DNA from: Camelus dromedarius
Lineage: Eukaryota
Direction of reading: 5' to 3'
Length of the DNA stretch: 64,000 nucleotides
Assembly (NCBI RefSeq): GCF_036321535.1
Contig: NC_087436.1
Location: forward strand, 6,076,001 to 6,140,000
The notes under the pieces were generated by a model. The model did not search any database, had not been told where the DNA came from, and worked only from the letters and a program-made list of their open reading frames with translations. Of the stretch, positions 13,299-25,483 are shown one piece after another. Numbering within the stretch: position 1 is the stretch's first letter; every line of letters starts with the position of its first letter. The position numbers and the translations under genes are program-made.

Positions 13299-14884
13299 TC
13301 ATCAAGAAGACTTGGTGTGTGTAACAGTGACAGAGGTATAGGTAAAGTGTAGGGCCACAGGTGGAAGATACTCAGTCCCACAGACTCTCTGAGCTCTTGA
13401 AGTGCTGTTTGTTTGTTTCAGGAAATGCTGTGAAATAGTCATTATCTGGAACCCCAAACTACAAGTTTTACTTTTCTTGTCTCTATAATCACAATTTCTT
13501 TGCTGTAATATTGATGATGTAATGTGTTAAGAGTTCCATATTTACTTTTGGATTTATTGATTTCCAACAAAATCTTAATTAGGGGTCACTGGAGGAAATA
13601 GAAGAGGTCCATGAACTTCATTTCACTAGACATACATTTAGAGCTGCAGGCGTTCCCCGTGTAACCCTAACACAGAACAGGAAAGAATAGCTGTCAGGCT
13701 GCCGTAAGTCTCTCACCGTCCTCTGGCGGTGGCTGTTCAGGGATGATCTCACTCTCAGACAGTGGTTCCTGGAAGCCATCAAATGCAGACCTGGCAGAGG
13801 AGAGGCAGTGCACTCATACCTGACGGAACAGAGGAAGCAGTTTAGGGTCCATGGATACTATTCCATCCCAATGTCTAGACTCATAAAATTAGGTGAAGGT
13901 TAGCAACAGCTGTGGTTGTGTGAAAGCTATTGCCAAGACATCCGGGAACTTAATAGAAGTCCTGAGACCCTTGACCGAATGTGACCCTCTTCAACTATAA
14001 GACAGCTACCGGGACCCTTTCCAAATGATGTATGAGGCTCACCTTGGGTAATAGGACAATGAGGGCTGTTTGCTGAGAACCCAGCCACTATCCTACATCC
14101 ACTCCCTGCCTTCCACAAAGTTCTGCTGATGCTTTCTTCCTCAGCTTCACATCACGATGTGCACACGACACACTTACCAAGCTCGAAACAAAATGAAACA
14201 AAGCAATAGAAATAGGTCCACACTTGCCTCTGATCACATTTTGCATCATGCCTGCTGTGGCCACGGTTCGCTTGTTTATTTCAGCAACTCTAAACATGAT
14301 GTTTATATCTCATTTTTGAATTGATTAATTACCAATTCTTTTATTGTGAAGTAAAAGAGAAAAATACTCAAGTATATTGCTAAAAATTCTCTTTCTGCTA
14401 ACGCCATTGTAAATCACAGCAGCATATAAGTGAGAGAATTCAAAAGCTGAATAAATCAACTGACTTCAAAGTCCATGTTTCTGATTCTCAAAACATACAT
14501 TTGCTTATTATGCATCTCAGATTTCACAAGTTTGTTTGTATATGTAAACCTGTTTTGGAGGATGTCCAGAAATATAGAGAAGTCAGATTTACTTTTTCTC
14601 TAATAGAATACATTCTTGACTCAGTTCAGAAGCTGTAAGAGTGATTTGAGGGCCAGGAAAATGAAGGAAGAAATAATAAAAACTAGATTTTTACAAGACT
14701 TGACAATTTAAATTACCTTTATAATGCCAATTAATTCATCTTAAGTGCTAGGTGAGAAAATCCTCCCTACCCTCATTCTGTTGACAAGGCTTAGTGTTTG
14801 AGAAATTTTCCAAGGTTTTTCTAAGAGGAAATGGCAACTCAAAATCTATCATAGAAGCCTTCTGACTTTCATCTAGTTTTCCCT

Positions 14885-15420
14885 TCTTTTTAATATTAAA
14901 TTTATTGATGTACAATTTCCATGTATGAAATGCATCTATTTTTAGTGGAGAGTTTGATCAATTTTAAAAATGATTATAGTGGTTTCACCACTGCAGCCAT
15001 CGAGATAATAGAATATTTTATCACTTCAAAATGTTTTCTTTTGTTCCTTTGTAGACTACAATTTCCACTCCAGGATCCAGGCAACCGCTGAACTGTTTTC
15101 TGGTACAAAAGATTAACCTTTTTTTCTACAGCCTTTCATAAATGGAGTCACACATTTTGTGACTGGCTTCTTTCACTCAGTGTAACGCTTTTATCTCGTG
15201 TGTTGGTAGTCCACTCGGTGTTCTTGTGTGCAGTGTTCCACAAGATACGCCATATTTATTTATCCATCAATCAGCTGTTAATGGACGTCTGGTTGTGTGC
15301 AAGACTGTGCAGTATATCTTTGCATGTTTCTACTAAGAATAGAATGTTTCCCATAATGATTGGACCATTTTCCATGCTCACCAACAAGGTCTGACAGCTC
15401 CAAGTGACGGTGGGGGTGAT
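14885..15420 (-). mobile_element. Old L1M 3' UTR fragment
   Basis: T-rich start with TTTATTGATGTACAAT, then CCAGGCAACCGCTGAACTG, AATGGAGTCA and GGCTTCTTTCACTCAG, typical of old L1M 3' ends. Confidence 0.7.
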
Positions 15421-15454
15421 CTGTAACTTGCTTGCTCCTTGTTCCCAAACCTGC

Positions 15455-15580
15455 ATTAGTTACCTATCACTGTGTTACAACTTGACTACAAATTTAGCAG
15501 TTGAAATAACATTCATTTATTTTCTTGTAGTTTCTGAAGGTCAAAAGTCCAAGAGGCGTGGCTTAAACTGATCTTTGGGC
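15455..15580 (-). mobile_element. MLT1 (MaLR) LTR fragment
   Basis: ATTAGTTACCTATCACTGTGTTACAAC...CATTTATTTTCTTGTAGTTTCTGAAGGTCAAAAGTCC. Confidence 0.6.
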
Positions 15581-15749
15581 ACTGCAACCTTCGGCATTAT
15601 CACCACGTAACCCTATATGGGAAATACCACACATTCCATCATCTTTGATGTATTTTCAAGTCATTACCTTAAAATGTGAGCCATTCGAAATAGTGTAACA
15701 ATGTGGTTTCATCTGCATTTTATGTTATTTTAGTTATAAATTCCACTTT

Positions 15750-17640
15750 TATGCATTTTATAAGCTCAAAATGCATGGCTACTTTTTTTTGCTTTTGAAA
15801 AATCGATCTTTATGAGCATATAAAAATAATTAAAAATGACTTTCATATTCATCTTTGTTTCAACTATTTTTGGAGTGCTACATTTCTTTGTGTAGATCCA
15901 AATTTCTATCTGGTACCATATTCTTTGTGACTGAAGAACTTGCTTTAGCATTCCTTGTAGTGAAGATATGCTAATAATGATTTCTTTCAGCTTTGATTTC
16001 TCTGAAAATTTTCTCTGAAAAAGTCTTTATTTCTCCTTAATTTTTGGAAAGATATTTTCACTTCATATTATTAAATTGACACATTTTTTTAGGATTTTTT
16101 TTTAGTACTTCAAAGACCCATCTCCCTGTTTTCTGGGTTGCATAGTCCCTGATGGGAAATCCGTTATATTTATATGCATTTCTCTACACTAATATAATTT
16201 TTCTCCGGCTGACTTTAAGATTTCTCTATCTCATTTGTACATGGCAAGTTGATTTTAATAGGCCTTGGTATTGTTCGATTTATATTTATACTGCTTGTAA
16301 TTCATTACGTTTTGCATCAGTAGGTTTACAGTTTTCATCAAATTTGGAAATCGTTTATTTATTATTTCTTCAAGTAATTTTTTCCTGTAACTTTTCCTTC
16401 TATTACATTTTTATTAGATTGTTTTATGTTTTCCCAGAAGATGCTAAGGCTCTGTTAATCTATTCTTAGTCTTTATTTTACCCTGTTCTCTTCATTTTGG
16501 ATGGTTTTTATTGCTGTCTTCGAGTTTAAGAATCTTTTTCCCCTCCACGGTCTTCAATTAGCAGTTAATTTCAGCCACTCAAATTTTTACTTCAGATGGT
16601 GACTTTTGACTCAAAAATTGTTTGTTTCTTTTTTGTATTTGTGTTTGTTCTCCTCACTGTTTGTTTTTTCCTATAAGCCTTTGAGCAAATTGAATATTCA
16701 CAACAACAGTTTTAATGTTCTTCATTACAAATTACATCATCTCTGTCATTTCTTTTTCTGTTTCTATAAACTGAATATTTTCTTATAATTTTGGGCCACA
16801 TTTTCTTCCTCCGTTAAAAGTCTAGTAATTTTTGGATAGCATGTTGCCCTTGTAAATATTATGCTACCAAATGTTAGATTGTGTTTATTCTTTCAAACGG
16901 TTTGGGACTTTGCTCTGGCGGGCAATAAAGTGTCTTAACAGATCTGTTTTTGTCTCTTAGAAGTTTATTTTTTGCTGCTGTTTGTTTTTCCCCTTTAATT
17001 GGAGTATTCATTCCAGTCAGACTTCACGTATGATCTGATATCACTGGGCTGATAGTCAACATGTTACTATTTGCTTTCTCTTTGAACTGATTATTTAAAA
17101 TATTTTTAAAGGGAAGATCTCCAGTATTCCTTTTGACTTGTTCAGCTCTGATAAGGCAGATCTTTTGGGGGTCTGTGCTAAAACCGTCCATGTACCCAGC
17201 GATGCCTTTCCACTCTGGCTGGTGGAAACAGGAAAGATTCTCAGTCATATAAGATCTCAGGACAATTTTCTCTCTAATGGTCTCTGGTAATCTGTCTGTC
17301 TCTGGAACTATTTTTTGAGGTTGCACCCTACACATGTGCATAGATTGGTACTCAAAGACTCAGCAGAACTGGCCATGACAATGCCTGGAAATCCTTCTGT
17401 TGGTAGCTCTCTCTGCCCCATCAATCTTAACTGCTCAGCCTCCCCACACTCTGATCTACCTTTCATACAGCTCATGAGATGTGCAGGCTGTGTTTGGACT
17501 CCCTTTGTCTGTGTCAGTAGAAAAACTGCCTCTAGCCGGCAACCTAAGGCAGTGTTAAGACTGAGCTCATGTGTTTACTTTCTCTTAATTACCTCGTACC
17601 TGCATTGCTGATTTTCCCATGTCTGCAAACAATTACTCCA
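15750..17640 (-). mobile_element. Old L1M 5' region with decayed ORF1
   Basis: ORF 15766..15951 reads LKQVLQSQRIWYQIEIWIY, resembling the C-terminus of old L1M ORF1p; long T-rich plus strand. Confidence 0.65.
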
Positions 17641-17804
17641 CGTTTTGTCAGGTTTTCTATTTTTTGACAATGGGAGGATCGTACCCCCTTTATTAATCCC
17701 GCGTGACTGGAGTTCATCCTGTACCGTTTCTGGCAGAAGCAGTGAGAAACCCTGGAAAAGTACACACTCTGGAGGAAACCAGCACCCAGTTCAATGTCAG
17801 AGCT

Positions 17805-17990
17805 GTAAGGCATTAGTTATTCAGTGAGCTTGAACACTTTACTAAGCTTCCCGTGCCTCAGTTTGTTCATCTGCAAAATAAGGATAGTAACAGTGATCCC
17901 TGCCTAGCAGATTGTTCTGATGAAACGATGTGCCAGGCTCTCCCAAGAGTGGATACGTGGAGTGAGCGTTCTGCAACTGTGACTGTTACA
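17805..17990 (+). mobile_element. MIR SINE relic
   Basis: GTGCCTCAGTTTGTTCATCTGCAAAATAAGGATAGTAACAGT. Confidence 0.75.
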
Positions 17991-18254
17991 CAAGCTACTG
18001 CATACTTCCTTCGACCTAGATTCCCAGTGATTGTGTCTCTTCTACTAAGAAGAACTGAATGTGTGACAATCGACAATTAAAACGTTTTGCTGCAGTTATG
18101 CCCCGAGGAAGACTAGAAGAGATTTTAGTAATGATCAAAGCAAACTTTAACATTTATCTGCAATATTTTGATTATTCTTGAAGAGACTATATTTTTGTGT
18201 TAATTTTATAACCAAACATGCTTTAAAAAAAAGAAACAACAGCAAGATTTCTTT

Positions 18255-18620
18255 ACAGTAGACATTGCTCACTGACTACCAAATTCCACAACATACTTGT
18301 CTTTTCTGTTCACATGTCTAGATTTTATTTCCAGCCTTTTCTGTTATTAGATGTAGCCACATGACTAAGGTCCAGCCAATGACCTTGTACTGAAAGTGTC
18401 ACACTCCACTTCTGGGCATGGCCGATAAGAGTGACTCACACATGCCCTTTGATGACCCTGATCGTCCCAATGTCTGGCTAAGTGGAAAATCGATGATCCT
18501 CAGAGTGACCTCAGATGTCACTGGGAAAGCTGATTGATCCTCCTCTGTCCGAATTCCTGGAAGGAGGGCCATTTGGACACTTGTTCTCAGAAGCATTCAT
18601 TTAAATTTTAAGCAAGGAGT
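18255..18620 (+). mobile_element. Old MLT1 (MaLR, MLT1J-like) LTR fragment
   Basis: TTCCAGCC...TTAGATGTAGCCACATGACTAAGGTCCAGCCAATG...CACTTCTGGGC. Confidence 0.55.
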
Positions 18621-19559
18621 TTGCAAGCTAGGAAGGGGGCTCATGGCCATCTGACCCCAAAGTTTTGTTCTTTAAATACTACATTGATTTACCTGAAAGA
18701 CAGAAAGTTTTTAAGAAAGCAGAATTGGCTCAAATAAAGGGATTATTATCTAAAATGAGACCAGGCAGGGCTACTTGTTATGGTCAAAATTTCTGAAAGT
18801 GTCTAAAAGGCCCCTCTTAATCAAGGAAGTTGTAGAGGGCACTGTTGCACTGGATAGAGACACTGATCTCTAAGGCCCTGTGACTAATGATTCAAGTCAT
18901 CTATACTTGACACATCAATTCCCAAAATATGACTCGAGTAGGTGATCTGCATTTTTATCAAGAGTCAATTAAAAGAAGTTAATTTTTAATTGACACTATG
19001 GGTGGAAAGAGAGTATTGATCAGTCCCTGTACGCCCTGAACTGATCTTCCAGGCAGAAAACACGGAGCATCACCTCAAAGAGGCAAATAGGACCTGGGCT
19101 TTGAGTCACGCCCCAATATCTGTACCTACTAGCCCAGTGCCCTTTCATAATTTCCCAAGATCTCCCCACCTTCATTCCCTCATTTGGAAAAGAGAGGCTG
19201 ATAAAAGAATCCTCATTAACAGCATAAACAAAAACTATCTCTGTACTTTCAACATCTTTCAGGATTCCAGAAGGCCAAGGAGCTTCCCATGCAGAGGAAG
19301 CCTGGATTGATAACTCTGTGCAGATTTCAAATGATCTGTAATTTTGGAAAAGTTTGCTGTCCTCCACAGAGCACACGGTGAAGCTGACACTTCTTCTTCC
19401 TTATCAATATATCACCTTTACTGTATTTGACCAAAAATAGCACTTTTGCTCAAGGATGTATAATTTTCTTGGAGCTAAAGAGGTGTAAGGCAAAGTTTGG
19501 GGACTTATGATGGGAGGAATCTCGCAAAAGTTATGACCTAGCTAGTAAATCTTGTTAAT

Positions 19560-20105
19560 GAACCCTACTTCAAAAAGACACCTGCACCCCAATGTTCATA
19601 GCAGCAGTATTTACAACAGCCAAAGCATCAAAACAGCCTAAATGTCCATCAACAAATGACTGGATAAAGAAGTTGTGGTATATTTATACAATGGAACACT
19701 ATTCAGCCATAAAAATGGCAACATAACGCCATTTGCAGCGTTATGTTGTCATTTTTATGGATATCCCTGGAAAATGTCATTCTAAGTGAAGTAAGCCAGA
19801 AAACAAAACAGAAACAGACTCATAGACGAGAATACAAACTTGCGGTTGCCAGGAGAGGGGAGTGGGAAGGGACAGACTGGGGGTTCAAAATTTGTAGATA
19901 CTGACAGGCATATGTAGAATAGATAAACAAGATTATACTGTATAGCACAGGGAAATATATACAAGATCTTGTGGTAGCTCACAGCGAAAAAGAATGTGAC
20001 AATGAATATATGTATGTTCATGTATAACTGAGAACTTGTGCTCTACACTGGAATTTGACACAACATTGTAAACTGACTATAACTCAATTTAAAAAAAAAA
20101 AAAAA
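19560..20105 (+). mobile_element. Young lineage-specific L1 3' end with poly(A)
   Basis: CACCTGCACCCCAATGTTCATAGCAGCA (end of ORF2) through GACTATAACTCAAT plus A-tail; near-identical to the minus-strand copies at 47.6-48.2 kb and 61.9-62.2 kb. Confidence 0.92.
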
Positions 20106-20217
20106 GTTCATTTGACAAAAAGTTGTCTTTAGTTCCGATGCCTGAGTTCTGTGACTGCTTCAATCATGCTGTTAAAACTCTGAAAATAAAAAACAGCCTT
20201 TGTTCTGATGCACCCCC

Positions 20218-20354
20218 CTTTTTTTGTTCTTTTTTTTAGGGGGTGAGGTAAGTAAGTTTGTTTTATTTAATTTTTTTAATAGAGGTAGTGGGGATTGAAC
20301 CCAGGACCTCATGTATTCTAAGCATGCACTCTACCCCTGACCTATACCCTGCCC
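20218..20354 (-). mobile_element. Camelid tRNA-derived SINE (Vic-1 type, long form)
   Basis: GAGGTAGTGGGGATTGAACCCAGGACCTCATGTATTCTAAGCATGCACTCTACCCCTGACCTATACCC; T-tail; degenerate TSD TGTTCT(G/A)ATG. Confidence 0.9.
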
Positions 20355-21759
20355 TCTCTGTTCTAATGTTCTTGACCTTCTTAATATTTGGGGAAATGTC
20401 AAAGGACATCAAAAGCATCCATACAACCTTCATGTTATTGCTTCTTCTTTCCTCACATACAGAAATATTTTGAGGATCACTCTGTTGTCATCCCTTTTTA
20501 CGTACCAACCTTAGGTCCTTAAATTCAAGAATGTTCAAAGGATAGCATGCTGCAAATCCCCAACTGCTTCAAAATCTCAATCAAATGTATTTTTCATTTA
20601 ATTGTTTGATCCACGTTCAATAATCGCAGCATAAGCATGTCCTTTCCTCAAGCAACAAGATCTCTGTTAGCCAAAAAGAATTCTTCTCTCATTAGAGATG
20701 AATAGGAGGACTAGAACATAAGTAAAGGAGATTTAAAATTCTGTTAAAAGTTCAAGATTGCTTTTTATTTCTCATATGCAAATAACACATTTCCATATTA
20801 GAGTCTTGCAATCAATTCATCGACACCACAGTAACCTAACTAAATATGGAACGTTACCATAAAACTTACGAGAATGCAAAGTAGGATTAAATACTAGATT
20901 TAAAACATTCAAAGCAGAAAGATCATAGTGGGAATTAAGGGAGGAAAAAGAGGAAGTATGTTCTCTTTATTTCGTTGTAGAGCTTTTAAAATAGACATGC
21001 TTGTTCCAAATACAATATTTAATCTCCCAAGCATCTTAAAACTTCGTGAAGTTGACATAGCCTTTTGTGGGACTGGGAAGAGCTATTCCTTAAAGAAGAT
21101 ATATATGAACTCACAAAATCAAAACTTCATTCATGCAAAAATTGCCAAAAATTAACCAGTTATATTCCTCATGTGACATTGTGAAATAAGCTACAATCAT
21201 GACATTTGCAGTACCTTTATTTGACCATGAAAACCAACATCAATAGAAATTGACAAACATTGAGTATTTCCATCTTTAGGGTCTCCTCGACACCTATTTA
21301 AAAAGCTGCTTTTTATAAAATGAATCTGGAATTTGATTCTGCCTTTAGATCCATATACCCAGCCACCCTCAGAATAAAATTGAAGTCATTTATATTTAAA
21401 GTTAATTAGGGAATGTGTCGATTTTTTCTCTGTTGTTTTTTCACCATTTTGACTGTGGACTTCAGTGTTTCTGAGGCATGAAAGCTATGAGAAAAACACA
21501 CATGCGTTGGCAAATGAAAATAATTATTCTGTAGATCAATAATTTATTTTGAACATAAAGTTACAATAGAAAGTCATGGCATGTACATGGAAGTTATTCT
21601 CATTGTCAGTGTTTTTTTTTTTAACCTGAGAATTGGATAATCATAATTTAAAAGAACACTAAAAAAACTTGTGGTCTAATGCTGCTGACCACAGTTAATT
21701 TTGACTGAGTTACAGCCTGCTAGCTGTCTGTCAGCACCTGTTTTTTCTCTTTTATGGTA

Positions 21760-22233
21760 CAAGCAGACCTTGGAGATAGTGTGAACTCAGTTCCAGACCA
21801 CCGCAATAACGCAATGGAGGCACATAAAATCTTGGTTTCCCATGCATATAAAAGTGATGTCTACACTAGGCTGGAGTCTATCAAGTGTGCAGTAGCATCA
21901 TGTCTAAGGTATGTACATGCCTTAATTAAAAAATATTTATTTATTGCTAAAGAAATGCTAACCCTGACTGACCCTTCAGCGAGTCAAAGCAGTGACATCA
22001 AAGACCACTGAACACAGATCTCCATAATAAATATATAATAATAATAAAAAAGTTTGAAGTATTGTGAAAATACCAAAATGTAGCACAGAGACAGGAGGTG
22101 AGCACATGCTGTTGAAAAAAATGGTGCCAATAGACTTGACATGGGTCAAGGTTGCCATAAACCTTCGATTTGTAGAAATTGCAACATCTGCAAAGTGGAG
22201 TAAAGAGAAGCACATCAAAACGAAGAGTTCCTG
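21760..22233 (-). mobile_element. Tigger1 internal-deletion derivative (Tigger1a-like, TcMar)
   Basis: TA then CAAGCAGACCTTGGAGATAGTGTGAACTCAGTTCCAGACCACCGCAATAA matches one Tigger1 terminus; the other end AAAACGAAGAGTTCCTG is a degenerate second TIR. Confidence 0.8.
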
Positions 22234-22264
22234 CTCTATAGTTTTTGCTTGGAAATTAGTTGTC

Positions 22265-22625
22265 AAACCAGGAGCCACACTTCCCACATGTGACTTGTTG
22301 CCAATGGAATGTGAGTGGAAGTGACCTGTATCACTTCCTTGCCGAAGCTGAAAGGTACAAGCATTCTTTCTTTCATGATTTCTTCCTCCTCTTGGTTGGT
22401 GGCAAATGACACCAGGGTCTGTGGGAAAGTCAAGCCATGAGATGGAAGAAGCATCTCTCTGAGAATCACCAACTGGAAGAGTGTCACCCGCTAACCAAGA
22501 ACACCCGCTTGAGACTAAGTGAGCAATAAATGAATTCTTCTACTCTTCAGTCCAGAAAGCACTGCTATCCTTATTACAGACTCAAGCTCTTTGCTACAGC
22601 AGCTAGAATTACCCTAAGTAACACA
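22265..22625 (+). mobile_element. Old MLT1 (MaLR, MLT1J-like) LTR
   Basis: GCCAATGGAATGTGAGTGGAAGTGAC...AATAAA...TTGCTACAGCAGCTAG...TAACACA. Confidence 0.7.
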
Positions 22626-22939
22626 GTCTTGTCACAATTCTGGAATACACTGGTATCTGTCTAGTAAGGGAGTTCATCTGAAGGAAGGTCTTCAGTGGAG
22701 TGAGAGGTCAACCTGACTCCAGCAGTGGGAACCAGCTAACTGCTGGAACTGATCTGCTGCTATGCCTATGAGGTAGACACCTCCTCCTCCATGCTCACTA
22801 CCCCTCACTCTCCCTCTGCAAACCTCCTCTGTAGATGTTCCTTTAGAAGAGAAAGTCTTCATCAGCGGAGAATATGAAAAGAGGTGAGTGCCCCTGTTAG
22901 AACTTCCAAGGCTACAAAGACATGAAATAACAGTTTAAA

Positions 22940-23075
22940 GGACGAAGGTGTAGCTAGGTGGTAGAGTGCGTGCCTAGCATGCACAAGGTCTTAGGTTCAA
23001 TCCCCAGTACCTCCATTAATATAAACAAATAAATAGCCAAATTACCTACCCCCAGCAAAAAAAAAAATAAATAAA
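22940..23075 (+). mobile_element. Camelid tRNA-derived SINE (Vic-1 type, long form)
   Basis: GGTGTAGCTAGGTGGTAGAGTGCGTGCCTAGCATGCACAAGGTCTTAGGTTCAATCCCCAGTACCTCC plus A-rich tail. Confidence 0.9.
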
Positions 23076-24803
23076 ATGAAATAAAAATAGAACAATGTAG
23101 AGTGGGAGAAAGCAGTCTTTATTAACTAGAATTTCACTGGGTTATATATAATAGGAAGGCAAAATGAAATGTCGTAGACAAAGATAGTCATGATCTCATA
23201 AACAAGAACATTCAGGGTCGGGTCCAAATAACATAGTTGCTCACGGAGGTCATTGGAGATGCATGTATAGTTACATAAGATTATTCCAACCAATAACCTA
23301 GAAACTGCAATTTTCTCAGTTTTGTAATGATATTGAGATACAATGTTGTGACTTATTTAACTGTAAACATAGCTCTAAAATTGTGGGTCCCTATTAAGGT
23401 GACAGCATTAAAGTCTAAGGTACCCATAAATTGTAATGTGTTTCCTTTCCATTGGTTCAGAGGGCCAGTGACACGCACTCCAAGAGCTTGAAGTGGACAC
23501 ACCTTCTAGTCACACTAACAAGAACTGAAGACGAGGGACAATACAGCTCCAGATATTGACACATTGCATTTTGGGTGCCAGCCCAGTATTCATTCATCCC
23601 ATCTCTTGCTCGGCATCCATCGGGGGAGCTGGCACAGAAGTAAGAGGCAACATCAATGCCCAACACTGCACCTTGTCTTTGACTTTCACAGCCATCTCCC
23701 GATCCACTGATTCCTAGCCACGTCCTACACCTAGGAAGGCTAAGTTGACCTGCCCCAGCTCACAGGATGGAGGGCACCACGTGTGTATGCTCCAGCCAGC
23801 AGTCCAACCCTGGTGCTGCCCTAGGAGTCTGAGGAATCATGAAAAATGATGCAACCTGTGCTCCCTGCATTTGCAGTAGCTGGGAGGGGTGACGAGACAC
23901 AGTGAGGCACAGGAAAGGGACCCACGGCAGAAAAACTAATGCTACGTGGAGCTCGCTTTGAAAGCACTTATTAATCTAGTCCCTGAAATCTTGAGTCCTT
24001 GGCGACTTTTTGTTTCAAAGCTAGGAAAGGGAGCAGATCTAGAGCTCAGTTGGCTGGAGATATTAAATAGCTTTTAAGAAATTTTCAAAATCCAGGTGAA
24101 TAAAAAAATAAGGTAATTAAGCATGAGATGACATGGGGCCTTCTTTTAGGTAACTCATGTGTTATATAGTGAATATTCTTTCTGAAAACATGTTTTGAAA
24201 AGCATTTGGTTTCTGAAAATTTGTAATTTCATGGGGCGGTTCTCCTTAGTAAACTAATCTGCATGACCAACCATTTAAAAAGTATAGGGGAAAATACAGG
24301 TCCATAAAAAAGGAAATAAAGGCGAGAAAAAGACATCTAGAAAAGAGAGTTTAAAACTGAGACTGAGCTAGATGCATTTAAACGCTGACTCAGTTGTTTT
24401 ACTCAAGCCATGGACATACATCTGGGCATGAAACCCTATCCTATAATCTCTTAAAGGTCCTTTCAGCTCTGCATTGTATGTACAAGCTCTCCAGTCCTAC
24501 AACTGATTCTACTGTCTTTTAAAATAAGTACTGGGTGATAGTTTTTAAAGATTTTATTCAGATACATGTTTCTTGTGTGACTATTAGTCATCTGCCTTTG
24601 AAATACAAATAGTCTAGCACCCAGAAGGGCCCATTAGAACCAGTAGAGGAGGAAAGGTTTCTGGGATACAGGTGACCTGAAGACAGCTCCCCTCTCCTGA
24701 CTGCCATTCCAAGCTGTCTGCCACTCCTGATTAAAGCTGCCCTTGGGACCTCTGAGTAGCTGAGCACGGGTGGATGTGGCCTCTGATGGATTCCAGGAGA
24801 CAG

Positions 24804-25483
24804 TGTTACTGAACTCAGGTTTGGCTGTTTGTCACCCAAGAATCCAATACTAAAAGACAAGTGTTGGGTAAAAGGAAAGACAGCTTTATTGAGGAAGCCA
24901 ACAATCCTGGGGAGAAGGTGGACTCGTGTCCCAGAGAACCAACTTCTCATTGCCAATCAGGGGCAAGAGATTTTAAAGGGGAGTTTCAAGGGTGCAGAGG
25001 CAGGAGGAGCACGGTCGGCTCTGATAGTCATCTTGGAATCAGTCGTGCCGGGGTCTGATCAAGATCATCCTGATTGTTTTAAGTACTATTAATCTTCAGT
25101 TCCAGGGTCAGTTGTTTTTCCCATTTTCTCTAGGCCAGTTCTCAGAATTGTGGCAGCTCACCTCATGGCTACAGTCTGGTCATCACATAGTTAACATCTT
25201 CTACCTGGGGCAGGCTTCAATATCTACAACACAGCTCCAAGGATATGGCTCAGAGTATTACCTGTAGCCCATGAGGAGGAGCTAAAAGTCCTTGATTTTG
25301 TTTAGTGAATAAGCTAGTATTACTTTGTCTTATTTGACTGTTTTCTTTTGTTTCTGCATTTTCTCATTTCTCTGATTAAATTTATTCTTTGGCTAAAGTT
25401 TTTCTACAGACAAGAGGCAGACAGACGAGGATGAGGGTGTGGTGGGGGATCTGTACTGGCAAGGCAAGACCTGCACCATTATA
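24804..25483 (-). mobile_element. ERV1-like solo LTR
   Basis: Starts TGTTACTGAAC; CAGCTTTATT at 24881-24890; right half clearly homologous to the LTR at 31849-32485; possible TSD ACAG/AGAG. Confidence 0.85.
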
